From Thermoplasmatales archaeon (lineage in GTDB: Archaea; Thermoplasmatota; Thermoplasmata; Thermoplasmatales; GCA-001856825): a stretch of 64,000 bases of DNA. Positions 45,189 to 53,359 of this stretch are shown here, one piece after another. The position numbers and the translations under genes were made by a program. The notes beneath the pieces were generated by a model. That model ran no database searches, was not told where the DNA came from, and was given only the letters and a program-made list of their open reading frames with translations. The number at the start of each line of letters is the position of its first letter. The stretch's first letter is position 1. Where the stretch lies: the NCBI GenBank assembly GCA_038729485.1, contig JAVYRX010000001.1:44890-108889 (forward strand), in the 5' to 3' direction.

Positions 45189-45431
45189 TCTTAGGGTATT
45201 TGTTTCAGTCTTAAAAGTTTTCCTAGTAAAATATCACACTGAAAAACTTCACTCTATCCCTATATCATCTCTTTTATCCATTGCGGTCTTTAAAATGATC
45301 TAGTCTGGGTTACCTGCAGCTGAATTATGATTGAAATTACTTCGCTGAAGGCGGGCGTTTCCGGCTTCATCGGGAATGATATAGCCAACCGATTAATTCC
45401 AGGCCCTTTTTTGCGGAGCTTTTTTATAATT

Positions 45432-45448
45432 GTTAGTGCTTACCTAAC
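45432..45448 (+). promoter_or_regulatory. putative operator GTTAG-N7-CTAAC between TATA-like box and start codon
   Basis: TTTTATAATTGTTAGTGCTTACCTAACTAATG. 15 of the 20 nt before the ATG are identical to the 15220 promoter, at identical spacing. Confidence 0.55.
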
Positions 45449-45450
45449 TA

Positions 45451-45864
45451 ATGAAGGGATATATTAATCATATCACCAAGAGGGAAAGGGACGCCCTGGT
45501 GATCATTGGAAGAAATAAGGAAAACAAGTTCCCGATAAGGATTTCTTCATTGGCAAAGCAGCTGAACATAAGAACGCCTACCGCGGAGGAGATTGTTGAA
45601 AAGCTGGTATTGAAAAATCTTGTACAGAAAAGCGGTGGCTTGGTTATCTTGTCAGACGCAGGAATGAAATATTATCTGGAAACCATGATGAAGCACAGGG
45701 CAATGGAAACATTTCTAACAGGTTGCGGCGTGGACCCGGACACGGCATGCAAACAGGTAAGCGTATTTGACTACCTCCTGGACAAGGGAAGCGCCATCAA
45801 AATATTGAAAAAATTGGGCAACCCTGAAAAGTGCCCCCACGGACTCAAGATAGTTGAGAGTTAG
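45451..45864 (+). CDS. DtxR/MntR-family metal-dependent transcriptional regulator (paralog of 14804..15220)
   Basis: 137 aa. ITKRERDALV, HRAMETFL, CPHGLKI. Collinear with the other copy. Confidence 0.8.
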   Translation: MKGYINHITKRERDALVIIGRNKENKFPIRISSLAKQLNIRTPTAEEIVEKLVLKNLVQKSGGLVILSDAGMKYYLETMMKHRAMETFLTGCGVDPDTACKQVSVFDYLLDKGSAIKILKKLGNPEKCPHGLKIVES

Positions 45865-45875
45865 GAGGCCTGCGT

Positions 45876-46838
45876 ATGGTATACATAAACTTGTGGAATC
45901 CCCAAAACGTACCTTTTATCAGCACTGTAATAATATCGTATCTTCTAGGAATAGTCCATGGAATAACACCTGATGAACATACGTGGCCCATTACTTTCAG
46001 CTACTCGGTTGGAACCTTTAGTTCGAAGGGGGGTGCTAAAACAGGGCTTGTTTTCAGCTCTGGCTTTACCGCTCAGAGGGCAATATTGTCAGAATTAAGC
46101 TACCTTGCTTTAGCAGGCGTTTTCATGACGGCTGAAGCATTTGGTGTCACGTATATCTTCGTAGGTTTAGCGATGGCCCTGGCCGGCATTTACATAGCCA
46201 GGAGGGGGAAATATCCGCATTGGCATTTCTTGGAAGAAAAACTTGGTATTTTATTCAGAATCCACGGCAAGAAGAGTGAGGCGCAGAAGGAGGAGCTGCA
46301 GCACAAAATAAATCCTGCATATGTAATGGGTGATTCGGTAGATGTTAGGCCCGTTCCGGTAAAGCTAGCGCTGATACACGGATTCATAGCTGGATTCGGT
46401 TTTGGAGCATTCGCATTGATCATATACACTGTATTGGCACCATCAATGCCGTCAGTTTATCTCGGCTTTCTTCCCGGCCTGCTCTTTGGGTTGGGCACCA
46501 TGACGATGCAGATCGCTTTTGGCACCGTATTTGGAACCTGGCTCAGCAAGATGAAAAGACTAACGAAGGAAGGTGTTGCGTTCGTGGGAAAGACGATTTC
46601 AACATATGTACTAGAATACGGCGGTGCGGCTTTCATTATTGCTGGGGCGGCAATACTTGCGTTCCCACAAATACTCAACTTTGGAATAATCACTCCTCTG
46701 AAGGTTCACAATCTTCATGACCTGGGCGTTGGATTCTTTATCGTTATAGTGGTTGTTGTCGTCATAGGGCTGATAGGCTACAAGATTGCAGTAAAGGAGG
46801 CAGTAAATAATCCGCGTCTGGTAAGGACACAGACGTGA
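45876..46838 (+). CDS. polytopic membrane protein, putative divalent-metal transporter (paralog of 13875..14807)
   Basis: 320 aa. HGITPDEHTWPITFSYSVG, SSGFTAQRAIL, ALIHGFIAGFGFGAFA. His-containing loop YPHWHF...RIHGK...QHK. Confidence 0.55.
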   Translation: MVYINLWNPQNVPFISTVIISYLLGIVHGITPDEHTWPITFSYSVGTFSSKGGAKTGLVFSSGFTAQRAILSELSYLALAGVFMTAEAFGVTYIFVGLAMALAGIYIARRGKYPHWHFLEEKLGILFRIHGKKSEAQKEELQHKINPAYVMGDSVDVRPVPVKLALIHGFIAGFGFGAFALIIYTVLAPSMPSVYLGFLPGLLFGLGTMTMQIAFGTVFGTWLSKMKRLTKEGVAFVGKTISTYVLEYGGAAFIIAGAAILAFPQILNFGIITPLKVHNLHDLGVGFFIVIVVVVVIGLIGYKIAVKEAVNNPRLVRTQT

Positions 46839-46960
46839 ATCGTAGGGAAAAGCGTTGCGCTACTCCCGATTGCATCTGTGGCTCAATAAAACGCATCATC
46901 TGACTGGGACAGATAGCAAACGCTAAGGATTTATAACAATTGTCTTTATCGTATGGTCAC

Positions 46961-47035
46961 GCTCCGGTGGTGTAGTCCGGCCAAGCATATCGGCCTTTCG
47001 AGCCGACGACCCGGGTCCAAATCCCGGCCGGAGCA
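46961..47035 (+). tRNA. tRNA-Glu (anticodon UUC)
   Basis: GCTCCGG...CCGGAGC acceptor stem plus A73. Anticodon loop CTTTCGA (TTC at 46997-46999). T-arm CCGGG-TCCAAAT-CCCGG. TTTATAA lies about 28 nt upstream. Confidence 0.9.
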
Positions 47036-47039
47036 TTAT

Positions 47040-47474
47040 TTACATGGATTTTAAGTCAATCTCCAAAGCCCTGAGAGACAAGATTATGTGCAGTATTATG
47101 AATATCGCACCCAGAAATACTGAAATGAGCGAAAGGATCATATTTATGAGAACAACTCCTTCTACATTGACGCTGTACAAAAATGAGATGACGATGGAAA
47201 TGCTTGATACTACGGCAAAGAACACCGAAAAATAGAGTGATAGGAGACCGTTCCTTAGAATCTTGGCCATTAGGATAAGGGTGGATATCTGTCTCCTGTA
47301 AGAGGAAACAAGATTCTCGTTTATCTCTCCAAGAAATATTTCTCTGTGCATGTTCCTGATTCTATTCATGACACTTGAATACCTTTCATTAGCCCCCAGT
47401 ATTATCAGAGCTACGCCCGTTATGAGTGCCATTGGTATGAAGGACTCGTTCATGAGTTCTAGAACGTCGATCAC
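47040..47474 (-). CDS. small membrane protein (DUF2721-like)
   Basis: 144 aa, 3-4 TM helices. N-terminal ...GANERYSSVMNRIRNMH... resembles DUF2721. Low certainty. Confidence 0.45.
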   Translation of the reverse strand: MIDVLELMNESFIPMALITGVALIILGANERYSSVMNRIRNMHREIFLGEINENLVSSYRRQISTLILMAKILRNGLLSLYFSVFFAVVSSISIVISFLYSVNVEGVVLINMILSLISVFLGAIFIILHIILSLRALEIDLKSM

Positions 47475-47548
47475 CTAGGATAATCGCTTACAGGGATAAT
47501 TATTCATACCCTGACAAAAGATTAATAATCACGATATATGAAAATGCA

Positions 47549-48130
47549 ATGCATACAGATCTTTATGTATCACTGGCAGGGTATCTCCTTGGCCTTTCCC
47601 TATCTGCACCCCCAGGGCCAGTAAACGCAATTATGATGAATGAATCCTCAAAATCCGCACTACATGGCGCAAGCGTGGGTGCCGGGGCCATGACAGCTGA
47701 CGCAATATTTCTGGCCATCCTATATTTTGTTAGAAGCACAATCCCACATTGGATATTCGAGTATCTTTATATTCTCGGAGCAGCGTATATGCTCTACCTT
47801 TCGGTATCCGTACTAAAATCAAAGATGCCTTCAAGGTCACAGAAGGGAAACTATCTAGTAGGCATATCGATAGGAATAACTAACCCATTTCAGATAGTCT
47901 GGTGGATCACCGTGGGTCTTTTCCTAATTGAGAAGTTGACAATGATTTCTGTTTTGTTTTTCTTCTTGGGGATTGTAACATGGATTACGGTTTTTCCACT
48001 TGCGGTGAACCGCCTGGGCAAAGAATACGCTGGATTAGTTAAACTGCTGTCATTTATTGTCTTGGTAGCATTTTCAGCTCTGATGATTTTTTATGCGTTG
48101 GAGTCCTTTCTCCCATTTAAGCTAATCTAA
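47549..48130 (+). CDS. LysE/RhtB-family amino-acid exporter
   Basis: 193 aa. N-terminal SAPPGPVNA motif, 5-6 TM helices. Confidence 0.75.
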   Translation: MHTDLYVSLAGYLLGLSLSAPPGPVNAIMMNESSKSALHGASVGAGAMTADAIFLAILYFVRSTIPHWIFEYLYILGAAYMLYLSVSVLKSKMPSRSQKGNYLVGISIGITNPFQIVWWITVGLFLIEKLTMISVLFFFLGIVTWITVFPLAVNRLGKEYAGLVKLLSFIVLVAFSALMIFYALESFLPFKLI

Positions 48131-48174
48131 GCTCAAAGATTTAATATTTCAAAAATTATACTCTCCTGATACAA

Positions 48175-48777
48175 ATGCCCGGGACCGAAGAGAAAGACTG
48201 GTTTTCTAAGCTTGACGAACAACTTGCCAGGAAAGAGAAAGAAGTACTAAAAGACAGCTCACTCACCACAGGAAAAAAGTCTGAATTTAATAGGAAGATC
48301 CTATCAGATCTGTGGCAAACCTGGGTGAGATTTAACAGACAGAATATTCATTTTACCATTGATCCCCCACCCAATAAATGGCTGGAGTTCACTAGCTATC
48401 CAGAAAAGTTCCAGCTGAGCGGTGATTTTCTTTTTGAGAATGTTAGCAATATAACCTTCCGTGATACTGCAGGGGACAGAGAACGTGTGGGCGATTCTCT
48501 AAAAGTTATATATAGGAAGGAGGAAAACGAAGGCATTACGATCCTTTTTGAGTTTTCTGAAGGAGAAAAATACGATAGATACACAGGGTGGCACAGATAT
48601 TTCACACAGTATCTCCTTTACGAATCTTCACTGAAGACGGCAAAAATTGATGAGGTAGAGAACGTTCTTCTGGACGTGCTTACTAAATGGTATGAGAGTC
48701 AGTTGAGAAGAGACAGAAACGTAATAATAGAGGAGATAAAGAAGAACTATAAGAAAGGTGAAACATTTATTGCCTGA
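48175..48777 (+). CDS. hypothetical cytosolic protein
   Basis: 200-aa ORF, no motif recognised. The downstream alaX-like gene overlaps its end by 20 nt. Confidence 0.4.
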   Translation: MPGTEEKDWFSKLDEQLARKEKEVLKDSSLTTGKKSEFNRKILSDLWQTWVRFNRQNIHFTIDPPPNKWLEFTSYPEKFQLSGDFLFENVSNITFRDTAGDRERVGDSLKVIYRKEENEGITILFEFSEGEKYDRYTGWHRYFTQYLLYESSLKTAKIDEVENVLLDVLTKWYESQLRRDRNVIIEEIKKNYKKGETFIA

Positions 48778-49444
48778 GCACAACGCTCTCCTTTACCTCG
48801 ACGGGATAGAGGGCTCTTATCTCAAGGAAATAGACGTTACCGTTCTAGGATATGAAAACGGGGGATACGTCTTAGACAAGACGATAATGCATTATCAAGG
48901 AGGGGGTCAGCCGGGAGACAGAGGATACATTTTGACTGATAAAGGGAAGATACCTATATACAATGTTGTTAAAGACAAACGGAAAATTCTACACCTTTCG
49001 AACGTCAAGGCGGATATTCGAGAAGGGAAACTGGCAGTTGACTGGGAAAGGAGATACAAAATAATGAAAATGCACACGCTGCAGCACGCGATATCTGCTA
49101 TAATATTCAAGCAGGGGATTAGATCCTTGATTACGGAAGTGTTTCCAGGGCATGGATATATAATAGTGGACAGGACGCCTTCCTTCTCTCCTGAAATATA
49201 TGAGATAAGTAAAAATGCACGCAGCCTAAAAAGGTACAACCTAAAGAAGGAGGAACTTGACAGAGAATTGTTGGCAAGATGCAATCTGGAAAAATTGCCA
49301 AAGTCTCTCGACGTTCTTTCAATCGTTGAAATTGATGGAATCGACGTCTGCGCGTGCGCGGGAACTCACGTACGAAATACAAAGGAGATAGGAGATTACT
49401 GGATCAGAAATCCTGGAAAGACCATTGAGTTCGGTTTGTTTTAG
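48758..49444 (+). CDS. alaX: AlaX-type alanyl-tRNA editing protein (AlaRS editing-domain homolog)
   Basis: 228 aa, GTG start. Zinc motifs HTLQHAISA (HxxxH) and CACAGTHV (CxxxH). Confidence 0.8.
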   Translation: MKHLLPEHNALLYLDGIEGSYLKEIDVTVLGYENGGYVLDKTIMHYQGGGQPGDRGYILTDKGKIPIYNVVKDKRKILHLSNVKADIREGKLAVDWERRYKIMKMHTLQHAISAIIFKQGIRSLITEVFPGHGYIIVDRTPSFSPEIYEISKNARSLKRYNLKKEELDRELLARCNLEKLPKSLDVLSIVEIDGIDVCACAGTHVRNTKEIGDYWIRNPGKTIEFGLF

Positions 49445-50140
49445 TCATTGAAACAGTTCAGATTTAGACAACACTGCTATGCCCTTGGGCCCGATGCTGT
49501 AGGGTCTTGCCTTCCTGTCGTGGTTCATCATTCTCATCTTCAATACCCTCATGATGCTTGTAGTCGTGCCGACGTTGTCGTCGTATCTATTAAGGAGGGA
49601 GATTACGCCATCTGACACAAATTCTGCGAGCCCTTCCCTGCTGGAATAAGGTATAGACAAATTGGATTCAGCAAGCAGCAGCGACGTGACTCCTGTGTCC
49701 CTGAGTGCATTTGAAAGATTCATAATTATATTCCTCTTCATCGCTTCGCCATCAGCAACCAGCAGGAGAAGGGAGATGCTGTCTATTATAACTCTCTTTG
49801 GCTTCATTGCGGCCAAATTAGCACGAAAATTATCTCCATTTTTCAACATTTCAACAAATTCCAGGACGTCGGGGTTTATCAGATATATCTTACTGCCTAG
49901 ATAGGGTGAAAAATCTAGGCCATAAGAGATAGAAGCTGCCACGATACTTTCCTTTCGCTCCTCCAGGGTAAAATATGCAACTACGTCGCCCTTTACCGCG
50001 CCCCTATGTGCGAAGTGTATACCGAGTGTTGTTTTCCCAGCCCCGTAGCTACCAAGAACTAAGACAGACGATCCCTCTGGAATACCCCCTCCCAACATGT
50101 CATTCAATCCATCGATTCCTGTGTCTATAAGATTCATCAC
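49445..50140 (-). CDS. KaiC/RecA-superfamily ATPase (single KaiC-like domain)
   Basis: 231 aa. GGIPEGSSVLVLGSYGAGKTTLG (Walker A), TLEE, RVIIDSIS (Walker B). Confidence 0.75.
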   Translation of the reverse strand: MMNLIDTGIDGLNDMLGGGIPEGSSVLVLGSYGAGKTTLGIHFAHRGAVKGDVVAYFTLEERKESIVAASISYGLDFSPYLGSKIYLINPDVLEFVEMLKNGDNFRANLAAMKPKRVIIDSISLLLLVADGEAMKRNIIMNLSNALRDTGVTSLLLAESNLSIPYSSREGLAEFVSDGVISLLNRYDDNVGTTTSIMRVLKMRMMNHDRKARPYSIGPKGIAVLSKSELFQ

Positions 50141-50940
50141 CTCACCTTCATCGTATTTAGAACGACCATGCCAGATGCATATTCAAATTCCGTGTCGAAT
50201 CTTTCTATCTTTTCCGCTTCTATCATCGGAAGGACCCCGATGAACCTTGGTATTGTCATGAACCTCTTTCTTCTGCTTGTTCTTTCAGATGCCCCCCACT
50301 CAAACAGCATAGTTCCATCGAATATTTCCATAAGAATGTTCTCAGACCTTCTTTCTACTATTCCTGAAGTCATGAGAACGTATATAACGGAATTCCACAT
50401 CTTTGCCGCTCTGGACAGACCCCTCGCAAGATCAAATATTGTGTTTTCGTCAGAGTACTTGCTCGTCAGCAAATCCGTCAATGAATCTACTATTATCAAC
50501 CTGTCCCTTCCTACCTTTTCTATATCCCTGATAAATGTCGAAACGAGATTCTCTCTGTCTCTCAAAGTCGAATACTCCCCAACCCAAGAAAGCGGTACTT
50601 GGGTCTGCTGATAAAAAAGTCTGGAATAATCAAGGACATTTATCGTACTTATCAGGTCTGATGCAAGCCTATTTTCTAGCGAAAGAGATATAATTCTAAA
50701 TACTTCTTTCTTTGGCTTCGAAAATGATACATATACTATCCCTCCCAGTATTTTCACCTCGAAACCATCAAGCTCTCTGAATGCTTTCCCCCTCAAGGCC
50801 TGAGAAAGGTTAGCTGCAGAACTAAGGCAAAATTCCAGATTGCCTGCTCCAGGCTGACCCAAAAGAAGCACCGAACTCCCTTCTGGGACTCCGCCTTTTG
50901 AAATCGTATCGAATGATGGTACGAATGTTGGAACCCTCAT
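50137..50940 (-). CDS. KaiC-like protein with degenerate Walker A (likely non-catalytic partner)
   Basis: 267 aa. GGVPEGSSVLLLGQPGAGNLEF: the P-loop Lys-Thr is replaced by Asn-Leu (codons at 50836-50859). Walker-B-like RLIIVDSLTD is retained. 4-nt overlaps on both sides. Confidence 0.6.
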   Translation of the reverse strand: MRVPTFVPSFDTISKGGVPEGSSVLLLGQPGAGNLEFCLSSAANLSQALRGKAFRELDGFEVKILGGIVYVSFSKPKKEVFRIISLSLENRLASDLISTINVLDYSRLFYQQTQVPLSWVGEYSTLRDRENLVSTFIRDIEKVGRDRLIIVDSLTDLLTSKYSDENTIFDLARGLSRAAKMWNSVIYVLMTSGIVERRSENILMEIFDGTMLFEWGASERTSRRKRFMTIPRFIGVLPMIEAEKIERFDTEFEYASGMVVLNTMKVR

Positions 50941-51869
50941 CCTCGGGCACCCTCAATTGTCTTCTTAACCGCTTCCGTACTCTCCCACCTATACCTCCAG
51001 CCGTTGTTAAGTGCTTTTGTTATGTCCAAGCTCATCTTCTTAACGTCCCCTATCCAGCCGGCACCACCAGGGCCACCTACGAATTTTATCCGAGCCTGAG
51101 GAGAAAACTTTCTCACTGTCATTTCCGCAATCTCTGAAACCGATGTTTGTCCCTTAGTACCTAGGTTAAACAGCCCGTCTGCCTTTCCATGTAGGTATAC
51201 CATCCCTGCCACGCAGTCGTCTACATAAATGTATGACTTCGTTTGAGTTCCATCTCCAAGGACTTCTAGTTCATCTTTATTTTTCTTCAATTTTTCTATA
51301 AAATCGAAAATGGCACCGTGAGTTCCTCTCTTTCCAACTACATTCGCAAATCTAAACACCGATGACTTAAAGCCGTAGTTACTAGAAAAGCTGAATATAA
51401 AGGCCTCTGCCGCCAACTTTGATGCCCCATAGTGTGATATTGGCTTCAACGGTCCATAAGATTCCGGAGTCGGGAGCAAATCAGCATTTCCATAAACAGA
51501 ACTTGTTGATGAAAATACTAACTCTCCTACATCGCTTTCCCTCATAGCCTGCAGCAAAATCTTGGTGGCGTATGCGTTCTCCTGGAAATCAACTTCTGGA
51601 TTGCCATATCCTCTCCTCACATCTGCATTAGCGCTTAAATGGAATACCACATCCACGTCTTTCATAGTTTTCTTTAGCATTTCTTTGTCCTTTACGTCGA
51701 CTCTTTCCAGTCTGAAGCTCTTGTTTCCAAGAAATTCATTTACGTTTTCCTCTTTACCATTTGAAAAATTATCTACGCCTATCACGTAATTATCCTTCAA
51801 CAAGAACTCAACAAGATTAGATCCTATAAAGCCCGCTGCGCCTGTGACAATTATTCTCTTATTTTTCAC
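50937..51869 (-). CDS. NAD-dependent sugar-nucleotide epimerase/dehydratase (GalE-like SDR)
   Basis: 310 aa. IIVTGAAGFIGSNLV, YGASKLAAE (YxxxK). Confidence 0.85.
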   Translation of the reverse strand: MKNKRIIVTGAAGFIGSNLVEFLLKDNYVIGVDNFSNGKEENVNEFLGNKSFRLERVDVKDKEMLKKTMKDVDVVFHLSANADVRRGYGNPEVDFQENAYATKILLQAMRESDVGELVFSSTSSVYGNADLLPTPESYGPLKPISHYGASKLAAEAFIFSFSSNYGFKSSVFRFANVVGKRGTHGAIFDFIEKLKKNKDELEVLGDGTQTKSYIYVDDCVAGMVYLHGKADGLFNLGTKGQTSVSEIAEMTVRKFSPQARIKFVGGPGGAGWIGDVKKMSLDITKALNNGWRYRWESTEAVKKTIEGARG

Positions 51870-51905
51870 ATTCTGTTAATGACCGCCTTGTCTAATAATT
51901 TTCTA

Positions 51906-52460
51906 TCACAGTCCGAGAATTTCGCAAAATTTTGAGAGTATCCTAGCCGTAAGACCCCATATTCTGACATCGTCAAAGACGAATTCTTTCCCTTTGGAGT
52001 TAAATTTGCCCAGCTGCACTAGGAAGATAGAATCGATCTCATCAGATTTTTTAAAATCAGGTTTATGATCCAATCTGAACACATAGGAATAGACCCTCAT
52101 GTTTGGCCGATTCAGAGGCGAGTATGGACCGAAGAAACCGAAATATTCCTGGTCCCCCAGGTCAATTCCAGTCTCTTCCAAGGTTTCCCTCATGGCTGTT
52201 TTCTTGAGTGTTGAATCCTCAAGCTCATATTTGCCTCCTGGAAGGCAATATTGACCGGACCATGGATCAATTGAACTTGACGCCCTCTTTTCGATAACGA
52301 TACTTTCCTCAACTATTATTATTGAAACAGCAGCATAATCGTTGTTCTGATGCCCCGAAACCAGTGGTTCGTCTCCTTTTTTAAGGGAAACATGAAGTAG
52401 CTCTACATTCATTTTGATTCTCTCCTTAACTCTCCACTTAACAAACCGGCCTTCACCCAA
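51906..52460 (-). CDS. NUDIX hydrolase
   Basis: 184 aa. Nudix box GGKYELEDSTLKKTAMRETLEETGI. The start may be the internal Met at 52412. Confidence 0.75.
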   Translation of the reverse strand: MGEGRFVKWRVKERIKMNVELLHVSLKKGDEPLVSGHQNNDYAAVSIIIVEESIVIEKRASSSIDPWSGQYCLPGGKYELEDSTLKKTAMRETLEETGIDLGDQEYFGFFGPYSPLNRPNMRVYSYVFRLDHKPDFKKSDEIDSIFLVQLGKFNSKGKEFVFDDVRIWGLTARILSKFCEILGL

Positions 52461-52532
52461 GCATAACTTCCCTTTTAAAATATTCTCTGCATTCCAATAT
52501 AGTCGAGGTAATGATACAAGTATATTGGCTTA

Positions 52533-52606
52533 GGCCGGGACCGGGAATCGAACCCGGGTCCGGGGATCCACAGTCCCCAAGGATAAACCGCTACCCCATC
52601 CCGGCC
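52533..52606 (-). tRNA. tRNA-His (anticodon GUG) with genome-encoded G-1
   Basis: The reverse complement reads G-GCCGGGA...GGGGA-CTGTGGA-TCCCC...CCGGG-TTCGATT-CCCGG-TCCCGGC-C. G-1 pairs with discriminator C73. Confidence 0.9.
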
Positions 52607-52681
52607 ACAAATCCCAAGGCACAACGCGCTAAAAATATTTACCGTTATTATGTATTACGAAAAGTGAGAAAAAACAAGGGG

Positions 52682-53335
52682 ATGTTTCTTGACTTTTCCA
52701 ATACTATAACCACGGTGGAGTCAGAGAATCTTTCCATTAAGGCGTGGTTGTCATTTATCACGGAGAAGTATCACTTAACCGGTGATGTTTATGAGAAATT
52801 TGTGAAGAGACGACTTGAAAAGCTGGTTGAAAGAGAGAAAAAATTCGAGACCTTCATGGAGATAAATAGAGAAGTCCTGAAGGAACTTTATGGAATTGAA
52901 GACATATTCGAGGATGATTATTACAAATTTCATGAAAAATACCTCAGGTTAAGACCAGATTTCCTTAATTTCTTCGATGCAATAAGGAATGAATTTGTCA
53001 CGGTTGTCGTGACAGACGCAGATGATATTTATACGAAGAGAACAATGTCGTCACTCGGAATCTACGAGATATTTGATTTCATCGTTACGGCAGAGGACGT
53101 GAAAGCTCCGAAACCCGACAGTAGGATCTTTCAGGAGGCGTTGAGAAAAGCTGGAAATCCAGAAATCCTAATTTACATCGGCGATTCAGAGAGAAGAGAT
53201 ATAAAAGGGGCCAAGAAAATGGGTTTTATCGTGATCAAGATGGAAGATCATTCTGGAGAAACTGTTGCAGATTATGTGGTCCACAATTTCACTGAAGTTT
53301 TGGGGATTTTGAAAAAAGAGAAAATTATTAAATAA
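52682..53335 (+). CDS. HAD-superfamily hydrolase
   Basis: Motif I is FLDFSNT (D-x-S-x-T, second Asp absent). VVTDAD, KPDSRIF, and motif IV GDSERRDIKGAKKMG. I use the ATG at 52682. The track start at 52511 would read through the antisense of tRNA-His. Confidence 0.7.
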   Translation: MFLDFSNTITTVESENLSIKAWLSFITEKYHLTGDVYEKFVKRRLEKLVEREKKFETFMEINREVLKELYGIEDIFEDDYYKFHEKYLRLRPDFLNFFDAIRNEFVTVVVTDADDIYTKRTMSSLGIYEIFDFIVTAEDVKAPKPDSRIFQEALRKAGNPEILIYIGDSERRDIKGAKKMGFIVIKMEDHSGETVADYVVHNFTEVLGILKKEKIIK

Positions 53336-53359
53336 ATGTGTTAAAACTAAGTATTTACT

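Noticed and set aside
46961-47035. tRNA-Glu as the intact attL partner of the tRNA-like fragment at 54620-54645
   Set aside because: Their 3' halves differ outside the conserved T-loop (GGTCCAAATCCCGGCCGGAGCA versus GGTTCAAATCCCCTCCACCCTG), so they are not a direct-repeat pair.
52511-52681. N-terminal 57 codons of the track ORF 52511..53335 (..WLRPGPGIEPGSGDPQSPRINRYPIPAT..)
   Set aside because: This segment is simply the antisense translation of tRNA-His (52533-52606). The HAD domain starts at the internal ATG at 52682.
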